From: Candidatus Eiseniibacteriota bacterium
GTDB taxonomy: Bacteria > Eisenbacteria > RBG-16-71-46 > CAVPCR01
Length of the DNA: 64,000 nt
NCBI GenBank assembly: GCA_963702435.1
Contig: CAVPCR010000005.1
Location: 474,688 to 538,687, forward strand
Direction: 5' to 3'
The notes under the pieces were generated by a model. The model did not search any database. It was not told the origin of the DNA and saw nothing but the letters and a program-made list of their open reading frames with translations. The position numbers were made by a program, and so were the translations under genes. This document shows positions 54,862 through 63,416 of the stretch, one piece after another (within the stretch, counting starts at the first letter, position 1; the number at the start of each line of letters is the position of its first letter).

Positions 54862-56475
54862 TCATCGCCGCGTGAGTTCCAGCCGGACGAGGAAGGTCGT
54901 GTACGCCGAGAGGGACTGACCCGATGTCCACCACAACGGAGCATCGACCGGTTGGAAGTAGGCGATACTCATGACATGGATCCAGCTCGTCTTCGTCCAG
55001 TCGGTCTCCGCGTCGAGCGATGAGACACGGGAGCAGTCGAGAGTGATCTCGTGGACTTCCGTGCCGAGGTCCTGATCGGGGATCAGGAGCGGCTCGAGGG
55101 AGATCATGTTGGCGGTGACGTTGATCTCCTGGACCTCGGCGCACGCCGCAAGCTCCGGGCCCGCGATATGGAACCAGTCGGTTTCTCCTCCCGCAGGCAG
55201 GTTCCGCTGGAACGTCCCACCCGTGAACTCCCCGCTCGACGTCTTGATGACGGACGTCGCGGTGACCCGGAACTCCCGGCCTTTCGGCTCCTCGCCCGAA
55301 TCACCGTCGTAATCCACTATGTAGCCCACCCGACGGAACTGGCCGGTGAGTCGGACGTAAGTCTTCAGGTGCTCGGTGTCTAGCTGCAGCTCGTCGTCGT
55401 CGAGGCGGACGCCGACGACCTTGTCGTCGGTGGGTTGCCCGTTGACCTCGAATGCGCTCTTCACCTGCGTGTGCACGAACGCATGGGCGAAGCGGGTAGC
55501 CACCGCCCCGAAGTTGGCCGGCGGATAGGCGCCGCCGGGGTCAAGGGTCGAGCTAGATTCGAGCTGCGCCAGGAGCGAATCGAATGCCGCCCTCCCCGCG
55601 GTGTCATCCCGGCGGATCATCCCGGTGCTCGTGAGCTTGTACGAGGTGACCGCCTTGGCCCGGAAGCGGAAGGCGACTCGCGGCCGCGAGTTGAGGCGCT
55701 GGTTGACCACATCCGCCGTCGCGTTGAAGAGGAACCTCTGCTTCGCTCCCTCCTGCCAGTGGGTGGGCGTGACGTAGACCACCATGGAGAGCCCCTCGAC
55801 GTCCCATGCATCACTCCCCCGCCTGAACTCGTAGGCGTAGTCCTCGGCCATCCGGAAGGTGAGGGCGATGCTGCCGCCGAAACGGGATGTGTAGCTGAGC
55901 GAGTGGAGCCTGAGGAGGAGTTCGTAGATGCGCGGGCTCTGGGGGTTCGGCGAGCCCTGTACGGTGGGCATCGCCCCGGGTACGAGACCGACCGCGGGGG
56001 TGGACTCGATCGGCTGGTTCGCGCCGTAGCGCTGGTAGATCGGAAGGTCGGCGTTCCCGTCGAAGAACTTGTTGAAATACCACCTAGCCGATGCGTCGCC
56101 TCCGGGCGAAGAGCTCAGGAGCACCTGGATCTCCTCGAATCCGTACCCCTCCACGAAGGGCCCCATCGATCCGCGGATCTGGATTCCCGTCGGCCGGCTC
56201 GGGCGAGGCAGCTGCGCGATCCGAGCCATCTCGGCCGCCGCTTCCTCAGGGGTCAATGCCCGCGTTTCCATCCGCATGTATTCGCGGGTGGGGACGAGCA
56301 GCTCTCCGAGCTGGTTCATCTGCAAGTTTGGGAGGGCGGTGTGGATCCCCTCTCGCTTCTGGACCTTCACCGCCTCGCGCTTGTCAGCCGTGGCGGCGGG
56401 CTGCTGCTGGGCCGCAGCCATGGGGACCATGAGAACGCAGGACCAGGCGGCAACCAGCGTGGCGATCCGGCGCAT
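54862..56475 (-). CDS. Secreted protein of unknown function (no recognisable domain), lower GC than flanks
   Basis: ATG 56475 with a GAGGGGA SD, and signal MRRIATLVAAWSCVLMVPMAAAQQQ. 537 aa. Sampled 60-nt lines are ~62-63% GC, versus ~75% in the adjacent kinase genes. The upstream 48 codons of the ORF are discarded. Confidence 0.65.
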   Translation of the reverse strand: MRRIATLVAAWSCVLMVPMAAAQQQPAATADKREAVKVQKREGIHTALPNLQMNQLGELLVPTREYMRMETRALTPEEAAAEMARIAQLPRPSRPTGIQIRGSMGPFVEGYGFEEIQVLLSSSPGGDASARWYFNKFFDGNADLPIYQRYGANQPIESTPAVGLVPGAMPTVQGSPNPQSPRIYELLLRLHSLSYTSRFGGSIALTFRMAEDYAYEFRRGSDAWDVEGLSMVVYVTPTHWQEGAKQRFLFNATADVVNQRLNSRPRVAFRFRAKAVTSYKLTSTGMIRRDDTAGRAAFDSLLAQLESSSTLDPGGAYPPANFGAVATRFAHAFVHTQVKSAFEVNGQPTDDKVVGVRLDDDELQLDTEHLKTYVRLTGQFRRVGYIVDYDGDSGEEPKGREFRVTATSVIKTSSGEFTGGTFQRNLPAGGETDWFHIAGPELAACAEVQEINVTANMISLEPLLIPDQDLGTEVHEITLDCSRVSSLDAETDWTKTSWIHVMSIAYFQPVDAPLWWTSGQSLSAYTTFLVRLELTRR

Positions 56476-56825
56476 GGTAGTTCCCCTCGCGCCCCCGACA
56501 GGGGTTCTCGCGCCTGACCCGCGGCCCCCTTGAGGGCGTCTACGTCGCGGGACTGGCGTCGCCCTCCGCCGCGGAGCGGCGGCGTATGGACGACGGGGGG
56601 ATGATGCGCGCCGCTCCATCCTGAAGGGCGCGTCCGGGAGGGTTGATGACGCGGCGATTCTCCGCCTCCCCCGTCCCGGAAGTCAAGGCGGCACCTGGCC
56701 CCTTGCCGGCAACCTGGCCATTTGCCTGGTGACTGACTCTTGACCAGTCCGAGCCGTCCGGCTTCCGGGGTGGCTCCCCTTTGCCGCAGGAGGATGACGC
56801 TACGAGAGGGCCGAGAATCGCGGGA

Positions 56826-59800
56826 TCACGGCGGGTCTCGCTCGAGATCCAGGCGAAGCCGGGCCAGCATCTTCCCCAGCTCGGATTCGGGGCCGGCGCC
56901 CAGCTCGGCGGCCACAGCTTCAGCCTCGGCGAGAGTGGCGCGCGCCCGGGCGAGGTCACCGCTCGCGCGCTGCAGCTCGGAGCTGATGCAGAGGGCCTTG
57001 GCGAAAGCCGTCCGGTCTGTGTTGCGGAGGATCGCCTGGGCCTGATCGAGAATGTCTCGCGCCGCGTCGAGCCGGCCTTGCTGGAACTGCAAGTGACCGA
57101 GGTTGCCGAGGGAAGCACCCTCGGTCCGCCGGTCGCTCACCTCGCGGGCGATGGCGAGTGCCGCTTCATACTGGGTGCGCGCCTCCTCCATTCGCCCATC
57201 GTCGCGGTGGATGCTGCCGAGAATGTTGCGGACGATAGCCTCGGAGCGCCGGTCGCCCACCTCGCGGTGGATGGCGAGCGCCTCATCCAGGTATGCGCGC
57301 GCTTCCGTCGGGCGCTGCTGTTCGAGACTCACGAGACCCAAGTTGTCGAGGATGATACCCCCGACCCTGCGGTCGCCGAACTCGCGAGCTATGGCCAGCG
57401 CTTGCTCGAAGCAGGCACGTGCCTCCTCCATCCGTCCCTGTTCGGCGTTGAGAGCGCCCAGGATGTTGATCGCAGAACCCTCGCCTGCCCGATCCCCCAG
57501 CTCCCGTGCCAACTCGAGCGCCTCTTCAAGCCGGGCCCTGGCCGACTCGACCCGGCCTTGCTCACGGTCGAGGGATCCCATGTTGAGCAGAGCGATACGT
57601 TCACCGGACCGATCGCCCGCTTCGCGCTTGATGGCGAGCGCGGCCTCATGTGTCGCGCGAGCCTCCTCGGCGCGACCGTGCCGGCTCAGCACCAAACCCA
57701 GGTTTTCCAGGACCACGCTCTCGTGAAGCCGGTCGCCCAGCTCACGGGTCAAGGGAAGAGCCGCTGCGAAACGGCTCAGCGCTTGCTCCATCTTCCCGCA
57801 GCGCCACTCCGCCAGACCGAGCGTGACGAGCGTACTCGCCCGGTCCGCCGGCCCGAGGCCCGGCATTCCCAAAACCTCTTGCCCGAGTTCGACGGCCGCC
57901 CCGAGCGGACCCTTGGCTTCGAGCGCCGCCCACGTAGCTCGCAGCGCCATCGCCGCGACCTCGCCGTCCCCTCGCGCCACACCACGCCGGCACGCCGAGA
58001 CGAGGTTCTCGATCTCCCGACCGAGCACGCGATGCTTCGCGGCTCCTCCGGCGCGGTTCAGCCCCGCCATGGCTTCTTGGGTTCCATGTCGTGCGAACCA
58101 CCGCCCATGCCGCTCCTCCACCGCCCGCGCCAGATCCGGCCCGCTCTCACGCAGCCGCTCTCGCGCGTACTCCTGCAGGCTCAAGTACATCCCGAACCGC
58201 ACATCAGGAGCCGGTCCCTCGGCGCCGCCGTCCGGCACCCACACTCGCAGCAGGCTCTTGTCCACCAGGGACTGCACGACGTCCACCACCCATGGCGCTT
58301 CGGGCCAGGGCGAGAGGTCCACGACCGCCTCCGCCGCTTCCAGGGTGAACCCGGCTTCGAACACGGCGCATTGCGCCCATGCCGCCTGCTCCCACGGAGT
58401 CAAGAGCTCCCATGACACCTCGATCGCCGCCCGGAGACTTGCGTGCCGACCTCGGCGTCCGCCCTGTAGCACCTGCCACCGCTCGCGCATCCGCTTGACG
58501 AGCTCGCGCGGCGTCATGACGCTCATGCGCGCCGCCGCGAGCTCGATCGCAAGCGGCATTCCTTCCGCTTGCCGCACGACCTCGCGCACGGCCGCGAGAT
58601 CCGCGCTCGCAGTCGTGAGACCGGGGTGCTGTCGACCCGCCCGCTCCAGGAACAGCTCCACCCCCGGCTCGAGCCCCAGCGGTTCGACAGCCAGCACTTC
58701 TTCGCCGTGCACCCGGAGCCGCTCGCGGCTGGTCACCAAGAAACGCGCCCGCGCCGCCCGCTCGAGCCAGCAGCTCACGATCTCCGCAGCGTGCGCCGCG
58801 ACCTGCTCGCAGTTGTCGAGGATCACGAGACACCGCTCACGTCCCGCAATCGCGTGCCCGAGCTGTGCGATCGGATCGGCCTTCCCCAACGGCACTCCCA
58901 ACGCAGAGGCCACCGCCGACAGGATCCCGTTCACGCTCCTCGCCTCGGCGAGGTCGCAGACCCAGACTCCACCCGGCCAGTCCATGCGGCTCTGCCACCC
59001 GTAGCGCACCGCGAGCCGCGTCTTCCCCATGCCCGCCGGTGCCAGGAGCGTCACCAGACGCGACCCGCGCGCGAAGCGCGCGGCCATATCCGCGAGCTCC
59101 GCGCCGCGTCCGATGAATGCGTCTCGTTCCGCCGGTAACGCATGGCGCACCTGGGTCGTCGCTTCGCGTGCGCTCGCCGCCACCTGGGTCGACCGCTCGG
59201 CGGTGAGGGTCTCCGCCACCTCCTCGACCCGGGCGAACCGCTCGCGCGGCGAGAGCGCGAGGCAGCGCAGGATGACCGCTTCCCAGCGCGAGTCGAGATC
59301 GGGGACATGGAGGCGCGGGGACGGTGCGGCATCCGTCAGACGGCGCTCCGCCACCTCGAGCGGTGTGCGGCCCGCGAAGGGCAGCTTCGCAGTCATCATC
59401 TCGTAGAGGACCACACCGAGAGCGTAGATGTCCGCCGCCGGTCCCGCGGCCTCCCCTCGCACCTGCTCGGGCGCCATGTAATCGGGCGTCCCGGCGATCC
59501 GGGGCGCCGCCACCGCCTCCTCTGCGCCTGCGAGCCACGAGGCCGCCGCCGGCCCAGCGGTGCGCGCAAGCCCGAAGTCGGTCACCACCGCCCGCTCACC
59601 CGGCCCGTCCCCGATCAGCATGACATTCCCGCTCTTGAAATCGAGGTGCACGACCCCGGCGCGGTGCGCGGCGGCGAGCCCGGCCACCATCTGTTCGACG
59701 AGCAGCATCGCTGCTGTTTCGGTGAACCGCCCGCGGTGCCGCAGGCGGTCGCGGAGCGTCTCCCCGCGCAGGAGCTCCATCGTCAGGAACCACACCGCTC

Positions 59801-60197
59801 CGCCGTTCATCCCATGGCGGCCAAGATCGTAGACGCGGCAGACATGGGGGTGACTGATGGAGCGGGCCAGCAGCAGCTCCAGCTTCAAGCGGCGCAGCGC
59901 GGCCTCGTCCCCGGCGAGGTGGGCGCGAAGAGCTTTCAGCGCCACCGGGACCGAAAGCTCCATGTCGCGGGCTTCGTACACCTCCCCCATACCCCCGGCG
60001 CCAAGGAGCTGCTCGACGCGGTAACGCCCGGCCACGCGCTGGCCGGGCGAAAAGGCGGGAGCCCTCAAGTGGGGAACGGCAAACGCATGAGGCGGCGCAG
60101 TTTCGCTCGCGGAGGCGCTCGGGGCAGAACTCGCAAGCGACAGCAACGCTTCCCCACCAGGACGGTGGTCTCTGCGGCGGCGGCGGTTCTCGCTCAT
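56826..60197 (-). CDS. Ser/Thr protein kinase fused to a P-loop NTPase module and a highly regular TPR array (kinase 2, non-RD)
   Basis: 1123 aa. Kinase motifs are GAGGMGEVY, ALKAL, catalytic loop HLDFKSGNV (Leu replaces the Arg of HRD), DFGLAR and DYMAPEQ. These are followed by Walker A APAGMGKT, LVILDNCEQV, and ~10 near-regular 40-aa TPR units (..A..ALAI.RE.GDR..E...L.NLG...). Confidence 0.9.
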   Translation of the reverse strand: MSENRRRRRDHRPGGEALLSLASSAPSASASETAPPHAFAVPHLRAPAFSPGQRVAGRYRVEQLLGAGGMGEVYEARDMELSVPVALKALRAHLAGDEAALRRLKLELLLARSISHPHVCRVYDLGRHGMNGGAVWFLTMELLRGETLRDRLRHRGRFTETAAMLLVEQMVAGLAAAHRAGVVHLDFKSGNVMLIGDGPGERAVVTDFGLARTAGPAAASWLAGAEEAVAAPRIAGTPDYMAPEQVRGEAAGPAADIYALGVVLYEMMTAKLPFAGRTPLEVAERRLTDAAPSPRLHVPDLDSRWEAVILRCLALSPRERFARVEEVAETLTAERSTQVAASAREATTQVRHALPAERDAFIGRGAELADMAARFARGSRLVTLLAPAGMGKTRLAVRYGWQSRMDWPGGVWVCDLAEARSVNGILSAVASALGVPLGKADPIAQLGHAIAGRERCLVILDNCEQVAAHAAEIVSCWLERAARARFLVTSRERLRVHGEEVLAVEPLGLEPGVELFLERAGRQHPGLTTASADLAAVREVVRQAEGMPLAIELAAARMSVMTPRELVKRMRERWQVLQGGRRGRHASLRAAIEVSWELLTPWEQAAWAQCAVFEAGFTLEAAEAVVDLSPWPEAPWVVDVVQSLVDKSLLRVWVPDGGAEGPAPDVRFGMYLSLQEYARERLRESGPDLARAVEERHGRWFARHGTQEAMAGLNRAGGAAKHRVLGREIENLVSACRRGVARGDGEVAAMALRATWAALEAKGPLGAAVELGQEVLGMPGLGPADRASTLVTLGLAEWRCGKMEQALSRFAAALPLTRELGDRLHESVVLENLGLVLSRHGRAEEARATHEAALAIKREAGDRSGERIALLNMGSLDREQGRVESARARLEEALELARELGDRAGEGSAINILGALNAEQGRMEEARACFEQALAIAREFGDRRVGGIILDNLGLVSLEQQRPTEARAYLDEALAIHREVGDRRSEAIVRNILGSIHRDDGRMEEARTQYEAALAIAREVSDRRTEGASLGNLGHLQFQQGRLDAARDILDQAQAILRNTDRTAFAKALCISSELQRASGDLARARATLAEAEAVAAELGAGPESELGKMLARLRLDLERDPP

Positions 60198-60229
60198 GGT
60201 CGCCCCGCGAGCTTATCAGTTTTCCCTTG

Positions 60230-60407
60230 TCGTCGCGGGTCGCTTGCCGGCGAGGTGGGCCTACCTTGCCAGGCGATGCGCCGCGCTGGCCCGCACGAGC
60301 TGCGGTGGGACGGGCGCGATGACGCCGGCACTCGCGTCGCCGCCGGGATCTACTTCGTGCGCATGGTCGCGGCCTCCGGGACAGCGTCCGCGCGTCTCGT
60401 CCTGGCG
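60230..60407 (+). pseudogene. Orphan remnant of the last part of a T9SS/FlgD-type C-terminal domain
   Basis: It reads ...AGPHELRWDGRDDAGTRVAAGIYFVRMVAASGTASARLVLA (best block 60294-60407). No gene body lies upstream, because the kinase-2 start is at 60197 on the other strand. It overlaps the 3' end of 60350-61594 in antisense. Confidence 0.45.
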
Positions 60408-61594
60408 CCAACTCCCCGCAGCAGGTCGCGGCCGCCCGCCACGAAGAAGGGGATCAAGAGAAAGGAGCAGGATGCGAAGTACCGGGGGGTGGTGTAGATG
60501 GCCGCGTAGAGCACGGACACGTAGACGCAGTAGATGAGGACGATCCGGTGGGCGGCCGAGAGCGGCCAGGCGTGACGAAGGAAGTGCAGGAGAACGACGG
60601 CAAGGAATCCGAGGCGAACCAGGAACAGGAGCGCGTACTTGACGCTCGTTGGCTGGCCGACGAGGAGCACAAAGAGCCGGAAGCCGGCCTGCAGCGCCGC
60701 CCGGCCCGGGTCCGCCCTCATCTCCTGCCAGGCGAGCCGCGCCAGGTAGGCATCGGCCTCGTGCGGCTTGAGACGGAGGGTCGCGGTGCGCACCGCCGGC
60801 GGGATCCTCTCGTCCGAGATGTGGGGAATCTGCTCGCCGAGAATCAAGCTGCCGCGGTAGAGCGAGGTTCCGCTGTTCACGGTCGAGACGATCAAGGCGT
60901 CGAATGTCCTCACGTTGCGCGCAGTCCACAGCGCCGGCAGGCCGAGTCCGACGAGCAGCAACACGAGGATCTGGATGCCGCGCCCGGCGGCGACCGCGCG
61001 CCGCACGCTGAGGGCGGCGATCACCAGCGGGAAGAACACCATGACCGCCTTGATCAGGCCGGCGAGGCCGGCGAGGACCGCGGTCCCGAGCAACGATCGC
61101 CACCCCCATCGCCCGTACCAGCCGAGGAACGCCGCGATGAGGAGCGTCACCAGCAGGATGAAGGTCACCTCCGGCAGCAGCAGGAACACGAAGTGGACGA
61201 GCGGCAGGTAGAGCCCCGCCACGAGGACGGTCCACCAGGATTCGGCTGCACCGAACTGCCGCCTGGCCATCGCCGCCAGCACCCAGGCCGCGCCAAGGTA
61301 CATCGCAATCTGCAGGGCCAGCATCGGGGCGAGGTTGCGAGTCGACATCGTGAACGGACCGACGATCCCCATGCGCATGAACGACGCGATCAAGAGCGGG
61401 TAGAGCGGCTCGCGTCGCGCACTCGGCGTCAGGCCATCGAGGGAGAAGTGCCCCGCCGTCGTCAGATGACTGGCCAGGAGAATGTAGCTTTCGCTGTCCG
61501 GAGCGAACGGGGAACTGCTGTCAACCCGGTAGAGGAAGGCGAGTAACCCCCCGTAGAGGAGCGCAAGGCAAGCGAGGAGAAGGGCCAGACGCAT
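60350..61594 (-). CDS. Polytopic membrane protein, probable GT-C fold glycosyltransferase
   Basis: 414 aa with ~10 hydrophobic helices. The first loop PDSESYILLASHL resembles the D/E-x-x-Y loop of ArnT/PMT_2-type enzymes. It lies directly downstream of a membrane GT2. The function call is weak. Confidence 0.55.
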   Translation of the reverse strand: MRLALLLACLALLYGGLLAFLYRVDSSSPFAPDSESYILLASHLTTAGHFSLDGLTPSARREPLYPLLIASFMRMGIVGPFTMSTRNLAPMLALQIAMYLGAAWVLAAMARRQFGAAESWWTVLVAGLYLPLVHFVFLLLPEVTFILLVTLLIAAFLGWYGRWGWRSLLGTAVLAGLAGLIKAVMVFFPLVIAALSVRRAVAAGRGIQILVLLLVGLGLPALWTARNVRTFDALIVSTVNSGTSLYRGSLILGEQIPHISDERIPPAVRTATLRLKPHEADAYLARLAWQEMRADPGRAALQAGFRLFVLLVGQPTSVKYALLFLVRLGFLAVVLLHFLRHAWPLSAAHRIVLIYCVYVSVLYAAIYTTPRYFASCSFLLIPFFVAGGRDLLRGVGARTRRADAVPEAATMRTK

Positions 61595-61625
61595 GCGAGA
61601 CCGCTGCTCCTTCCTGAGTTCGCGC

Positions 61626-62993
61626 CTAGGTCCTCTTGAGCATGTGGGCGGTGATGACGTGGGTCACGATGAGGAGCCCGTTGGCGCCGAAGGCGGTGAC
61701 AGCCAGGGTCTCCTTCTCGAGCGCCAGGAACATGAAGCCGTTGGCCGCCCAGCGGAGAACGATATGCAAGAACATCGTGATGCTGGCCAGGGCGAAGACG
61801 AGCGACCACCAGAACAGATGGTCCTCACGCAGCCCGAGAATGCGGCGGAGCAGACGCCCGCCGACGCCGGTCCGCAGGCGCCCACCGCCCCCGGTCCGCG
61901 CCGCGAGGACGAGGCCGACGCCCCACATCTGGAGGCCGAAACAGCTGCCCAGGAGCGCGAACATCATGCTGTGGACGCCGCAGATCGAGGCGAATCCCAC
62001 CCTGAACGGTCCGGCCCACAGGCCGATCATCAGGACAAGCCAGCTCGCCGCCAGGAGCGTCAGCCCGAGCGTGGTGAAGAACTCCGGCGAGCCGAGGAAG
62101 ATCTGCAGCAGGTGCCGCATGCCGTCCCGCCAGGTCCGGAGGTGCGGCACCCGCTCGCGCCGGTCCGGCCGCAGCGTGATCGGCACGTGCGAGATGCGGG
62201 CGCCGGTCTTGAGCGCCTTCACCAGCATCTCGGAGGCGAACTCCATCCCCGTGGTCTCGACGGTCCAGCGCCGGAATACGTCCCGCTTGAAGCAGCGGAA
62301 TCCGGAATTGCAGTCCGTCACCTTGGTGCCGCCATGCGCGTACAGCAGGTTGATGAAGAAGTTGAGCACGGGGGTGCCCAGCCGGCGGTGGAGAACCGGC
62401 ATCGCCCCCGGCCGGATGTTGCCGCCGAGCCGCGAGCCGATGACGAGGTCCCGGTCGTTCGCTTCGAGCTCGGCGACAAGGCGCGGGGTCTCGCTGAAGT
62501 CGTAGGTGTTGTCGGCGTCGGCGAAGACGATCACGGCATGCCGCGCGTGCCGGATGCCGCAACGCAGCGCTGCGCCGTAGCCGCGCTCGGCGCAGCGCAC
62601 GACGCGGGCGCCGTGCGCCAGTGCGATGCTCACCGAGTCGTCCGTGCTGCCGTTGTCGGACACCACCACCTCGATCTCCCGGTCCCCGAGCGCGGTGGCC
62701 GAGACGTGGTTGACCGTGTCGAGCACGAGCGGCAGGGTTGCCTGCTCGTTGAGGCAGGGTATGACGAACGAGATCGAGTGGTGAACGGGTCCGCTAGCCG
62801 GCGCGGGATCGGCGGCCGGAGGGGCGGAACGCCGGTGCCGCCCGCGGAGGCTGGGCGCGGCGGCCACGACTGCCAATCCGGCGAGGAGCACCGGCATGTG
62901 CGCCAGCATGACATCGAGCATGCGGTGACGGCCGGCGGCAGCGATGAGCAGCGAGAAGGAGCCGGCGAGGGCGGGGACATGGAGATCGACCAT
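61626..62993 (-). CDS. Family 2 glycosyltransferase with C-terminal TM helices (polyprenyl-phosphate sugar synthase, ArnC/DPM1-like)
   Basis: ISFVIPCLNEQATL, VVVSDNGSTDDS, FADADNTYD (DxD) and ARISHVPITLRPD, followed by 4 TM helices. ATG 62993 (MVDLHV) was chosen, and the ORF extension to 63320 is Arg/Gly/Pro-rich junk. Confidence 0.8.
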   Translation of the reverse strand: MVDLHVPALAGSFSLLIAAAGRHRMLDVMLAHMPVLLAGLAVVAAAPSLRGRHRRSAPPAADPAPASGPVHHSISFVIPCLNEQATLPLVLDTVNHVSATALGDREIEVVVSDNGSTDDSVSIALAHGARVVRCAERGYGAALRCGIRHARHAVIVFADADNTYDFSETPRLVAELEANDRDLVIGSRLGGNIRPGAMPVLHRRLGTPVLNFFINLLYAHGGTKVTDCNSGFRCFKRDVFRRWTVETTGMEFASEMLVKALKTGARISHVPITLRPDRRERVPHLRTWRDGMRHLLQIFLGSPEFFTTLGLTLLAASWLVLMIGLWAGPFRVGFASICGVHSMMFALLGSCFGLQMWGVGLVLAARTGGGGRLRTGVGGRLLRRILGLREDHLFWWSLVFALASITMFLHIVLRWAANGFMFLALEKETLAVTAFGANGLLIVTHVITAHMLKRT

Positions 62994-63082
62994 GAGATCA
63001 TCCTCCAGCGCTTGATGGGCGCCGCGGGAGCTTACAGCCAGCGAGGCGGCAGTCAAGCGGGGCTCGCCGGGAGGGTGTGGGG

Positions 63083-63122
63083 CTCGCGCCGCCCCGCCTC
63101 GCCTCGCGCCGCCCCGCCTCGC
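63083..63122. repeat. Perfect 20-bp tandem duplication (ctcgcgccgccccgcctcgc x2)
   Basis: The direct repeat was read off the sequence in the intergenic region between divergent genes. Confidence 0.8.
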
Positions 63123-63416
63123 CCCTCTCGACGCCGGCCAAGATCGGATGGAAGAGGCACCTGCCAGCTTCGAGCGAGTGCGCCGCACCGGGCCTCCTGA
63201 GCGGGACCAATGCTCTTTGCAAGGGCGAGGGCGATAGGCTCCGCGCTCCGGAGCGGGGCAGCGTTGTAAGTGAAGCGTTCCCACCCGGTCAGCCCGCCGT
63301 CCGATCCACCGCTGAGACACCTCGCCATCGCCCCGGGGGCATGGCGCTTGCAGGCGTCACCGCTGGTTCGCGATCAGCCACGCCGCCCGGTGTGGGAAAC
63401 CGAGGAGGAGGTCGAC

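Noticed and set aside
49071-60407. Idea that the two orphan tail fragments (49.1 kb and 60.3 kb) are the two halves of one gene split by insertion of the ~11-kb kinase/sigma block
   Set aside because: On closer reading, the left fragment is a full-length though decayed tail. It continues to an RRMI ending at ~49290, so it is not an N-terminal half. The apparent complementarity at HE(V/L)RWDGRD is just the shared domain motif.
62994-63320. N-terminal extension of the membrane GT2 ORF to 63320 (564 aa)
   Set aside because: The extension is Arg/Gly/Ala/Pro-rich, overlaps a 20-bp tandem duplication and has no SD. The GT2 domain and a plausible N-terminal helix begin after ATG 62993.
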